DNA of 64,000 nucleotides from an uncultured Bacteroidales bacterium (GTDB lineage: Bacteria; Bacteroidota; Bacteroidia; Bacteroidales; WCHB1-69): contig CALGTS010000015.1 of assembly GCA_937901925.1 (NCBI GenBank), positions 67,239 to 131,238 on the forward strand, in the 5' to 3' direction. Positions 33,846 to 41,642 of this stretch are shown here, piece after piece. The notes under the pieces were generated by a model. The model saw only the letters and a list, made by a program, of their open reading frames with translations. It was not told where the DNA came from and did no database searches. The position numbers and the translations under genes were made by a program. Position 1 is the stretch's first letter; the number at the start of each line of letters is the position of its first letter.

Positions 33846-34118
33846 ATGGGCCTCCTTTCCGACCTCCTATTTCTGAATTTTATCAAACGCCGGGCCAAGC
33901 GCAAAGGGTGCGGCATCGGCGACATGGTGATGCTGAAAACCGGTAGTCCCGTTATGATGGTGGTGGATGTTGATCTTGAGGAGGCCGAATGCGAGTGGTT
34001 CTCCGAAAAGGATCAAAGGACACACCGCAAGTCGTTCATGTTTGAAATGCTCGTGAATGTAAACAATATTAATTCGAAAATAGATCAAAAATTTATAAAT
34101 CAAAAATCACTGAAATGA
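33846..34118 (+). CDS. YodC/DUF2158-like small protein
   Basis: 90 aa. GDMVMLKTGSPVMMVVDVDLEEAECEWFSEKDQ shows the same module. Its stop overlaps the next ATG (ATGA). Confidence 0.6.
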   Translation: MGLLSDLLFLNFIKRRAKRKGCGIGDMVMLKTGSPVMMVVDVDLEEAECEWFSEKDQRTHRKSFMFEMLVNVNNINSKIDQKFINQKSLK

Positions 34119-35293
34119 AAAAATCTTTGTTATTTACTACAATTTTGTTGCCTTTGTGCCTCATTGTGGCCAGCTGCGAAAACAACGCCGAAGTGAAAGT
34201 CACCACATACGAGCCAGCAAACATCACACCTAAGAGCGCAGAGTGTGGCGGTGATGTGGTGCTTAACGGGAACATCCCTTTAAGTGAATTGGGTGTCTGC
34301 TGGAGTACAAAACGCAATCCAACCCCGAATGACAATAAGATGTTTACAAGAGACTACCAGTATCCTTTCTCCTGTAAAATCACTCATCTCACGCCCGGTA
34401 CCAAATATTATGTGCGTGCATACGTTATTCGGGGACATCATGAGGCATACTATGGAAAGGAGATGTCCTTCACCACTCCTATCAACTCGAATAGCGGTGT
34501 GATAGAGGGCAGTCTCAGCGGCAAATTCTCTGTAGCAATGGGCGAACAGGTTTATTTCTCAAAAGGGAATCTGCAATTTCATCCGGTCCAACGAAAATGG
34601 CGTTTCGCCGAGCATCAATGGGACATCATTGGTGCAGAAAATGCTAATGTATCAGAAAACTACAATGGTTGGTTGGATCTGATGGGTTGGGCCACCAGCG
34701 GTTACAATAACTGCAACCCCTGGATGACCAGTTCTTCATCATTAGACTATGGAGAACTTTATGTTGATATTGCAGGAACCAATTACGATTGGGGTGTTTA
34801 TAATGCCATAAGCAATGGCGGAGGCCAGAAGGGGTTGTGGCGCACGCTGGAGTATTCAGAGCTGGTATATCTTTTCGAAACTCGTCATACTTCTTCGGGA
34901 AGCCGCTTTGCTAAAGCCACGGTGAACGGCATCTATGGTGTCATACTCCTTCCTGATGATTGGAACAACTCTTACTATTCGTTAAGCCACGTAAACGACA
35001 ACTCTATCAACGGAGAATACACTTACAATGTAATCAGCTTGTCGGATTGGAATAACAAGCTGGAGAGCCATGGAGCCGTATTTTTGCCTGCCGGTGGTGA
35101 TCGCATAGGCACTTCCATCCATTATTACAGCAATGGCATCCCCACAGCCGCCCAAGGTAATTACTGGACATCTTCCACACATAGCGGTGAACGCGCTTGG
35201 GCTTTATATTTCAGCGACCACTCCTGCTATTGGAACTATCCTGCTTATATCGGTCCCGCCAAGTCGGTCCGGCTAGTCAGGGATGTGGAATAA
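34115..35293 (+). CDS. surface lipoprotein whose C-terminal half resembles the Fibrobacter-succinogenes-paralogous (TIGR02145-like) domain
   Basis: 392 aa. Lipobox LIVASC. N-terminal Ig/FN3-like segment (GVCWSTKRNPT). C-terminal pattern GLWRTLEYSELVYLF..AVFLPAGGDR..YWTSS..AWALYFS..SVRLVRD, recalled from memory as typical of that family. Confidence 0.6.
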   Translation: MKKSLLFTTILLPLCLIVASCENNAEVKVTTYEPANITPKSAECGGDVVLNGNIPLSELGVCWSTKRNPTPNDNKMFTRDYQYPFSCKITHLTPGTKYYVRAYVIRGHHEAYYGKEMSFTTPINSNSGVIEGSLSGKFSVAMGEQVYFSKGNLQFHPVQRKWRFAEHQWDIIGAENANVSENYNGWLDLMGWATSGYNNCNPWMTSSSSLDYGELYVDIAGTNYDWGVYNAISNGGGQKGLWRTLEYSELVYLFETRHTSSGSRFAKATVNGIYGVILLPDDWNNSYYSLSHVNDNSINGEYTYNVISLSDWNNKLESHGAVFLPAGGDRIGTSIHYYSNGIPTAAQGNYWTSSTHSGERAWALYFSDHSCYWNYPAYIGPAKSVRLVRDVE

Positions 35294-35633
35294 CATGATT
35301 TTTCAAAGATTAGTACTAAACAAATATATCACAGTTATGAGTTTTTATTCAGCAAAAACGGGTTTGGAAATACTAGTATGGTCTATGTTGAGCATAGAAA
35401 AAAATCATCGAATGAAATATGAGACAAAGAAAAGAGTCAATGACACGTTAGACATTCTGGAACGCGAGACTTTTTTAGGACCGGATTTTATCGCTGAAAT
35501 ATACAAATTTAGAAGATTGTTCCGCTCTTTGGAGCCTCTTGATACTATACAAGATGAGGATGAATATGAAATGATTAGTGATCAAATTAAGGAGTCCATG
35601 GACAAATGTTTAGCGATCTTGGCATGTTATTAA
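35283..35633 (+). CDS. hypothetical protein (start uncertain; 35337 ATG also possible)
   Basis: 116-aa ORF in the packed operon. Acidic C-terminal half. No motif recognised. Confidence 0.45.
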   Translation: MWNNMIFQRLVLNKYITVMSFYSAKTGLEILVWSMLSIEKNHRMKYETKKRVNDTLDILERETFLGPDFIAEIYKFRRLFRSLEPLDTIQDEDEYEMISDQIKESMDKCLAILACY

Positions 35634-35652
35634 CCAATATAATTGTATAATT

Positions 35653-36117
35653 ATGCAACCCCAAACCTACATCCAGTTATTAGAAATCCTCACCTGTATG
35701 GGAGTGTACAATGCCAGAGTGTATAACTTCAAAGACAATCCTAAAGAGGTGGCCCAGTGTGCCGACGGCCTCAAGGAGATGGCGGAAGACCTGCAATTGC
35801 TTGGCTCCAAAACCTTCAACCCGTCACTGTGGCAAAAGTTCTGCAAAGAGTTGCATGGCGACAAACCTGTAGATATTGCCGCATCGGAACTCCAATCGGA
35901 AGCGTGGCGGCAAATTTTGCAGATACTGCCCCGCATCGCCTCCACAGCAGCCGTGTTGGAGGGAAAATGCCAGGATCCCGAAACGGTGGCCCACATCACT
36001 GCCCGTGAACTCAAACCGCTCCTCAACCAATGCAACGAACTGCTCGATAGCGAGCGCACTGAAATCCGTGGCAAAAGTTTCCTTGAAAGGGTTATGGAGA
36101 AGCTCGGACGAAAATAA
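35653..36117 (+). CDS. hypothetical protein (154 aa, helical)
   Basis: It is the longest ORF here that is co-directional with its neighbours. Antisense ORFs in this stretch are explained by the high GC. Confidence 0.55.
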   Translation: MQPQTYIQLLEILTCMGVYNARVYNFKDNPKEVAQCADGLKEMAEDLQLLGSKTFNPSLWQKFCKELHGDKPVDIAASELQSEAWRQILQILPRIASTAAVLEGKCQDPETVAHITARELKPLLNQCNELLDSERTEIRGKSFLERVMEKLGRK

Positions 36118-36135
36118 AAATACCTTATCGCTATC

Positions 36136-36864
36136 GTGACAGATCACCACACTCATATTGGTCAATTCTACGACATTTACACGTCTCCTTCGGAACTAAT
36201 TCATGTAATGGATTCCGTAGAAGTGGAGCGGTTTGCTTGTTCTTCAACCACTATATGCGAAGGAAATTATGAAAAAGTGTTGTCGGAAATGTCTGAATTG
36301 GTTCGCCTTGCTGTAAATCGTGTGTTACCTGTTCTGTGGATGCTTCCGCAAATGTTGTCGGATGGTGGTTTGCAACGCTTTTTGGATAGTGGTATTCCTT
36401 GGAAGATGTTGAAAATCCATTCTCAACTGAATCCGTTGGCATGGCAATGTGGAAGCAGGCGTTTGCAAAAAGTGGTTCGGTTGTCCAAACAGCTGAATCT
36501 GCCATTGCTGATTCACACAGGAGAAAGTCCAGGTTGCTATCCTTCTTTGTTCGAGCGTGCTATTCGTTACAATCCGTCTGTTACATTCATTTTGGCACAC
36601 GGTCGCCCATTGGACGAAACCATTTCGCTTATGCGAAAATATCCCAATGTTTTGACAGACACCGCTTTTATGCCTGTGAAACATGTCGCAAAACTCTGTC
36701 ATTTCGGTCTCGCTCACCGTATTCTTTGGGGTACAGATGTCCCCATACAACGATATTACAGCCGTAAAGAAGACATCGTAGTTTATTACAAAAAACGTCT
36801 ATGCGAGTTGCGTGATGTTGTCTCAAATGAACATTATGAAACAATCATTTCAAATATCATATAA
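36136..36864 (+). CDS. metal-dependent amidohydrolase (Amidohydro_2/TIM-barrel hydrolase-like)
   Basis: 242 aa with a GTG start. N-terminal DHHTH metal motif, then LLIHTGE, ILAHGRP and ILWGTDVP strand-end motifs. Confidence 0.65.
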   Translation: MTDHHTHIGQFYDIYTSPSELIHVMDSVEVERFACSSTTICEGNYEKVLSEMSELVRLAVNRVLPVLWMLPQMLSDGGLQRFLDSGIPWKMLKIHSQLNPLAWQCGSRRLQKVVRLSKQLNLPLLIHTGESPGCYPSLFERAIRYNPSVTFILAHGRPLDETISLMRKYPNVLTDTAFMPVKHVAKLCHFGLAHRILWGTDVPIQRYYSRKEDIVVYYKKRLCELRDVVSNEHYETIISNII

Positions 36865-36900
36865 AAAAAGTACAAATCGTAAAAATTTCAAATATAATTC

Positions 36901-37134
36901 ATGGACAACACTTTCATCAATGCTATGCTCGCCCTGCATACCCTTGCCGCCAAGGAGACTTTCGGATCGGACGCTGTGGTGGCACTGAACGCCGGAGAGC
37001 CAGGTGTGTACGAGAACAACCCTACCATTATCGAATATGAGCAAAAGGGCTACAAATTCTGTGATGCCAACATGTTCGGAGAAGGGTTGGAAAGAATGGA
37101 AACGCTCACTTTCAGGAAAATGAACAAAGGTTGA
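36901..37134 (+). CDS. hypothetical protein (77 aa)
   Basis: ORF-track entry, co-directional and closely spaced. Confidence 0.45.
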   Translation: MDNTFINAMLALHTLAAKETFGSDAVVALNAGEPGVYENNPTIIEYEQKGYKFCDANMFGEGLERMETLTFRKMNKG

Positions 37135-37161
37135 TAAGGTTAGCGTAAAATATCCAATAGA

Positions 37162-38094
37162 ATGTCAGAAAAGAAATGGAAGATAGACAGCCGGGTGCCG
37201 CACAAATATCGTGGCGGTCGTAGAGGGAAAGGTTCGGAGTTCCCGCGCCACGGCATGAACGAATACGAGGGTGAACGGCTCTCCATGAGCAAACACAGAC
37301 TTTCCAAACACAAAACGATGAGCTACAACAAAGGAAACGGTTGGGCATCGTTGCATGAAAAACATATAGAAGGACTCCTTAACAAGTACCTCAACAAGCC
37401 ATTCGACGAGATGCTGAGCGAATTTTACGCCAAAACCAAATCGCTGCGCCAAAGCGGACGACAACGTATGTGGAACACCCCATCCTACTTCTCTCATGAT
37501 GTGGATGGGTTTAAACATCGCCGATATGTGTCATGGGAAGAGAAAAAGTATTATGTCGATGACAACGGCATTCTCCGTCTAAAGGATAACCATGCCGACA
37601 GCACCCCGAAGACAAAATTGACCCGCAAACAGAAAGCCTACAACCGTCAAGTTCCGGTGCCCACATTCGGCTTGAAAACTGACCAGTTCGAACTTTTAAG
37701 ACAAAAGTACGACACCGCCGATCTTTTTGTGGGAGAATATTACGCTATAGTGGATGGAGAAGTTTGCAAAGTGCCGATTTACACCTCGCCAAAGACAGAA
37801 AATGATTACGAATTGTCTGACAGAATTGCCGTGGATGGTTTTAGTTTTGATGCAAAATTCAACCATGTTTTTTGGAACTACACTTATAAAAAAGCGAACA
37901 GCTACAAAACCGAAGTCCGTGAAAAATTGGAGGCTTTGAAAAAAGAAAACAATAATGAAAATGAGGACGATGTGGCGCGCATGGAGCGTCGGATCTGTTC
38001 CATGAAGGATTATTGGACAATGCACGGATGCATGGCTCTGGAGTTTTATACAAAGAAAATAGACTATATACGATCAAACAAAAATAGAAGTTAA
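37162..38094 (+). CDS. hypothetical protein (310 aa, basic N-terminus)
   Basis: Long ORF with an Arg/Lys-rich N-terminal 60 aa. No domain recognised. Confidence 0.6.
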   Translation: MSEKKWKIDSRVPHKYRGGRRGKGSEFPRHGMNEYEGERLSMSKHRLSKHKTMSYNKGNGWASLHEKHIEGLLNKYLNKPFDEMLSEFYAKTKSLRQSGRQRMWNTPSYFSHDVDGFKHRRYVSWEEKKYYVDDNGILRLKDNHADSTPKTKLTRKQKAYNRQVPVPTFGLKTDQFELLRQKYDTADLFVGEYYAIVDGEVCKVPIYTSPKTENDYELSDRIAVDGFSFDAKFNHVFWNYTYKKANSYKTEVREKLEALKKENNNENEDDVARMERRICSMKDYWTMHGCMALEFYTKKIDYIRSNKNRS

Positions 38095-38111
38095 CAAAAA
38101 CCCTATATACT

Positions 38112-38390
38112 ATGTACCGTCAATTCACCGCCTCCCGCATTTCCGAATCCAACGTGCTGTTCCCGCCCACCATTATCTTCAATGATGAGGGCATCACCAT
38201 CAAAACACCGGCGCTGCTGCACCACAACACCGACTTCATCCCATACGAGGCGGTGTCGAGTGTGATGATCCACACCCCGCTCGCTGGCTTCTCCACCATT
38301 ACCTTCTACGCTTACGGCCGCGAAATCCGCGTTCACGGCTTCCTCCAACGCGAGGTGCGCGAGATGAAACAGTTGGTGGAAGAGAGGTAG
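38112..38390 (+). CDS. hypothetical protein (92 aa; possibly a bacterial PH-like fold)
   Basis: The pattern ..PPTIIFNDEGITIKTP....IPYEAVSSVMIHTPLAGFSTITFYAYGREIRVHGF weakly resembles bPH domains. Low certainty. Confidence 0.45.
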   Translation: MYRQFTASRISESNVLFPPTIIFNDEGITIKTPALLHHNTDFIPYEAVSSVMIHTPLAGFSTITFYAYGREIRVHGFLQREVREMKQLVEER

Positions 38391-38440
38391 AATGTAACAA
38401 CCTTTTGTAGTTAGATATTTACATTTTTATATACAGTTGA

Positions 38441-38476
38441 TTTAAAAAGGAGGGCTTTCACCCCCTCCTTTTTAAA
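38441..38476. terminator. bidirectional terminator hairpin
   Basis: TTTAAAAAGGAGGG-CTTTCACC-CCCTCCTTTTTAAA. The A-run and T-run flank a GC stem between convergent genes. Confidence 0.75.
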
Positions 38477-38608
38477 TCAAGTTTTTTGCTTCATTCTCAA
38501 GGAAAAACTTTGTTTCTCCCAAGGCATATATTCGGTAGCTCAACTCCATTGCCAATTCATCACTCAAACGCTCTATCTTTTCGGCAATGCCATTGCGCCA
38601 CTTTTCGT

Positions 38609-38893
38609 CTATCCTTGCCTTTTTGCCGTTGTAAAACATTTAATGGCAGTTTTATACGTGCAGCCCAGACGAACGGCAAAAAGTAACATATCAGGGTCTA
38701 TAACTTTGTAAATCAGCCTCAGTTCCTTATCTGTCAGCCCCGCTAACTCTTGGTACAGCCGTTTTTCAATTTCTATCAGCCCCAAGTTTAAGTGGTCAAC
38801 AAAGTTGTCTATGGCATGCCCTAATTGGTCGGATTTTCCTTCGGCAAGTTTATACTCCTCTGTTTTGGTCGTAATTAATTCACTCATAATCAA
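38609..38893 (-). CDS. hypothetical protein (94 aa), possibly the N-terminal part of a frameshifted gene
   Basis: ORF-track entry. A 55-codon ORF (38639-38472, minus strand) overlaps its end in another frame. Confidence 0.45.
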   Translation of the reverse strand: MIMSELITTKTEEYKLAEGKSDQLGHAIDNFVDHLNLGLIEIEKRLYQELAGLTDKELRLIYKVIDPDMLLFAVRLGCTYKTAIKCFTTAKRQG

Positions 38894-39276
38894 TCTTTAT
38901 ATACTATTGTATTTATAATTGTTGAGGTTAAATTTCATTTCCCATCTTCCTCCTACAACATATGCAATTTGGCAGGATTTTGGTTGCTTAAGTGGTTTTT
39001 CGTTCACCTTGCTTATGTTGCCAACCTGCACTTGTGCGTTATGCGAACATTACACATGTACAAGGGTGTAACCATGCGGAGATATAACACAAATGGAGAT
39101 GTAACCGATGCGGAAACCAAAACAAGCGTTAAAGGTGCGGACATTGCACCACTTTTTACAGTATTATATATAACTATACAATCTCATACATCATAGTTGT
39201 TAAAAAAAATGGTGCAAAACAAATATAATTATCAGTAAAATAATAAATTACATACCTACTGTGTTTGAAAAAATTG

Positions 39277-39284
39277 TACCTTTG
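39277..39284 (+). promoter_or_regulatory. -7 promoter box (TACCTTTG) in the non-coding right end of the island
   Basis: TAnnTTTG match with no convincing ORF downstream. Confidence 0.3.
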
Positions 39285-39556
39285 CCGCGTAAAAAAAGCA
39301 CGTTCTTTGTCAAGGTATATATGGGCTATATATAGCGACAGTTGTGGCATTTGCAACTCAAATTGGTGTAACAGCTATAATGCGCCAATGTACTAACCCC
39401 ATATATTTAAAAGGAAAACCAGCCAAGTGTAGGTTGGTATTCGGCTATGTGAGGTTTAAGGTGGCTCACCCGATTTTACGGGATTCGCGCCAAAATTCTA
39501 TAATAATTCACAAATGCCGAAATTGGGAATCGGTCAAGTGTTTGTGCGCTAAAAGA

Positions 39557-39922
39557 TTACACGGTAATTACCCAATTGCGTGTCAATCGCCATCCCCAGT
39601 ACCACGATGCTACTAATAATAGTATCACAGGCAACGACCATACATTTGTATATATCCCCCATAACAAGAAAGCAATAGGAGGAAACACACTCCAATAGGG
39701 GTCATATACCGATACATTTTCATATACCAATCCCCAAGCCCAAACTACTATCGTAGCTATCACATCTGCCACAAATAATGCCCAAAGAGGGTGTAAAATG
39801 GGCAACGAAAGAAAACCACTTCCTGTCAATTCTCTGAAAACTAACCAGCCAATCAAACTCGCAATTAGATAGATAGCTGTAATCAATATAATACTGCACC
39901 CTTTAGAATAGAACCGTTTCAT
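39557..39922 (-). pseudogene. truncated duplicate of the DUF1295 gene (first ~118 codons plus 3 foreign codons)
   Basis: The 121-aa ORF is nearly identical to the N-terminus of 29504-30400 (differences V/A, S/N, C/W, A/V). It ends ...RNWVITV* at the repeat boundary. Confidence 0.9.
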
Positions 39923-40105
39923 ATTAGTTATTAAACTGCAAAAGTACTACATTTTGTCGAAATATTAATTTACATGCCGAAAAATTATATTTTGTCATAA
40001 TGAAAATAGTTAGTGTCCGAAAAATATATCCTTTTGCCCATAGTTTTAGGTTTGGGAGAAACAAAAATAACATAGAGGACTGAATCCTGCAGAATGGAAT
40101 CAGCC
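39564..40105. repeat. direct repeat copy B (542 nt), right boundary of the island
   Basis: See copy A. One extra T (AATCCTGCAG versus AATCCGCAG). Confidence 0.95.
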
Positions 40106-40187
40106 CTAAATTATTCATGCAAAAAAGTTTTATCGAATAAATAAAAGAGAGAAACAAGTCCGTATGAAGAGAGGTTTTCCGCACAAA

Positions 40188-40844
40188 CTATAAATCGGTA
40201 TGTTTCACATTAATACCTTCTACTAAATAGACCAAATCTTCAGCAATGTTGGTGCAGCAATCACCGATACGCTCCAACATATACAGCACACGACTCAAAT
40301 TGAGATAGGAAGGCATAATGTCTGCTTTTACATCATTTTGAAAGAGTTGGCGGTGAATTTCGTGGTAATAATCATCCACTTGGTCATCCGTAGCGATAAT
40401 ATTGCGGGCAATATAATCATTTTCCGTTTCGAAAGCGTAAATAATATTTTCGTTCATTTTCTGCACCATTGAGAAGAGACTCCGAATTTTATGCTGATAA
40501 GGTTTCCACACTTCATCAGAATTGGCAATAATAGGAAGCCTTTTGTTGATACTATTGAGCAGATCACCCATTCTTTCCATATCAATAATGATGTTGAGCA
40601 GAGCGATAATGCGGCGCAAATCGCGGGCACGCGGCGTAAGACGGACAATATCGTTTACGATGCTCTCGCGAAATTGAATCTCATATTGATCCAATTGTTT
40701 CTCATTGGCTTTTATCTTTGCGGTCGTTTCTAAGTTAATAGGACCATCAATCTGTTTTTCGAGTAGCGAAAATTGCTCCGTCAGCAATTTAGCCATTGCT
40801 GCGAAATCCTCATTCATTTTCTTTAAAGATTCTTCTCTTATCAT
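40188..40844 (-). CDS. phoU: phosphate signalling complex protein PhoU
   Basis: 218 aa. Two PhoU repeats with ERIGD/ERMGD motifs. Downstream of pstB. Confidence 0.93.
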   Translation of the reverse strand: MIREESLKKMNEDFAAMAKLLTEQFSLLEKQIDGPINLETTAKIKANEKQLDQYEIQFRESIVNDIVRLTPRARDLRRIIALLNIIIDMERMGDLLNSINKRLPIIANSDEVWKPYQHKIRSLFSMVQKMNENIIYAFETENDYIARNIIATDDQVDDYYHEIHRQLFQNDVKADIMPSYLNLSRVLYMLERIGDCCTNIAEDLVYLVEGINVKHTDL

Positions 40845-40871
40845 AACTGTAACATTAAAAATTCAAAATTA

Positions 40872-41642
40872 TTAACCCACTCTTCCGATGAGGTAATCTT
40901 CCGTTCGTTTGTCTTTTGGATTGGTGAACATAATGCTTGTATTCTCATATTCAACTAATTCTCCTAAATACATAAACATTGAGTTGTCTGAAATTCGGGA
41001 TGCTTGTGACATATTATGGGTAACAATCATAATAGTTACTTGTTTTTTCAGTTTCACCAAAAGTTCCTCTATTTTGAGAGTTGCGATTGGGTCGAGTGCG
41101 GAGGTAGGCTCATCCAGCAGCAGCAAGTCTGGTTTTAAGGCAAGTGCGCGAGCAATGCAAAGACGTTGCTGTTGTCCTCCCGAGAGGAAAGATCCCTTTT
41201 TGTGCAGGGTACTGCTCACCTCATCCCAAAGACCTACATTACGCAAATTCTCCTCTACGATTTCATCGCGTTTTTCCTTGCTCAATTTTATCCCTTTCAA
41301 CAGAAAACCGGCAATCACATTGTCGTAAATGCTCATTGTAGAGAAAGGATTAGGACGTTGGAATACCATTCCTGCTTTGGAGCGCACATCGATAGGATTC
41401 ATCTTCAATACATCCTTTTCTTCGAGCAGAATCTCTCCGGAAATACTGATACCATCGTGCAGTTCGTGCATTCTGTTGATAGCGCGTAGCAAAGTACTCT
41501 TACCGCAACCTGACGGTCCCATAATGGCAGTGATAGAGTTGCGCGCAATATCAGCGGAAACATCTTTAACAGCGTATTTATCTGCTGCATAAGAGATGCT
41601 TAAATCTTTTATTTGTAAAATAGGATTTGTTATCGGTTCCAT
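40872..41642 (-). CDS. pstB: phosphate ABC transporter ATP-binding protein
   Basis: Contains [24 protein letters not shown] and LLLDEPTSALDP. Confidence 0.96.
   Translation of the reverse strand: MEPITNPILQIKDLSISYAADKYAVKDVSADIARNSITAIMGPSGCGKSTLLRAINRMHELHDGISISGEILLEEKDVLKMNPIDVRSKAGMVFQRPNPFSTMSIYDNVIAGFLLKGIKLSKEKRDEIVEENLRNVGLWDEVSSTLHKKGSFLSGGQQQRLCIARALALKPDLLLLDEPTSALDPIATLKIEELLVKLKKQVTIMIVTHNMSQASRISDNSMFMYLGELVEYENTSIMFTNPKDKRTEDYLIGRVG

Larger units (their letters stand above)
30583..39563. mobile_element. genomic island / integrated foreign DNA (no recombinase gene detected)
   Basis: Bracketed by the 541/542-nt direct repeats. Composition shifts: hand-counted GC of single 60-nt lines is 47% at 31501 and 58% at 35941, against 35% in recA at 22201. 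All genes are non-core. Confidence 0.7.

Noticed and set aside
35667-38348. Many long antisense or alternative-frame ORFs in the island core (for example 35667-36074, 35824-36165, 36325-36750, 37165-37518, 37696-38025, 38103-38348)
   Set aside because: The higher GC here reduces stop-codon frequency in all frames. The plus-strand series is co-directional and closely spaced, and it includes recognisable domains, so the overlapping ORFs are treated as shadows.
38969-39356. ORFs 38969-39196 (+) and 39174-39356 (-)
   Set aside because: They are short and isolated in AT-rich non-coding DNA, with no motifs or operon context.
30583-39563. Search for an integrase, transposase, relaxase or terminal inverted repeats that would make this a classical IS, ICE or prophage
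   Set aside because: None was seen in any frame. The boundaries are long direct repeats of host-gene sequence rather than short att or IR sequences, hence the Campbell-type interpretation.
39344-39616. 90-aa plus-strand ORF at the island/repeat junction
   Set aside because: It has a non-ATG start, crosses the repeat boundary antisense to the truncated DUF1295 fragment, and has no motif.
40909-41592. Cluster of plus-strand ORFs inside pstB (40909-41328, 41144-41341, 41166-41489, 41329-41592)
   Set aside because: They are antisense shadows of a strongly conserved ABC ATPase gene.
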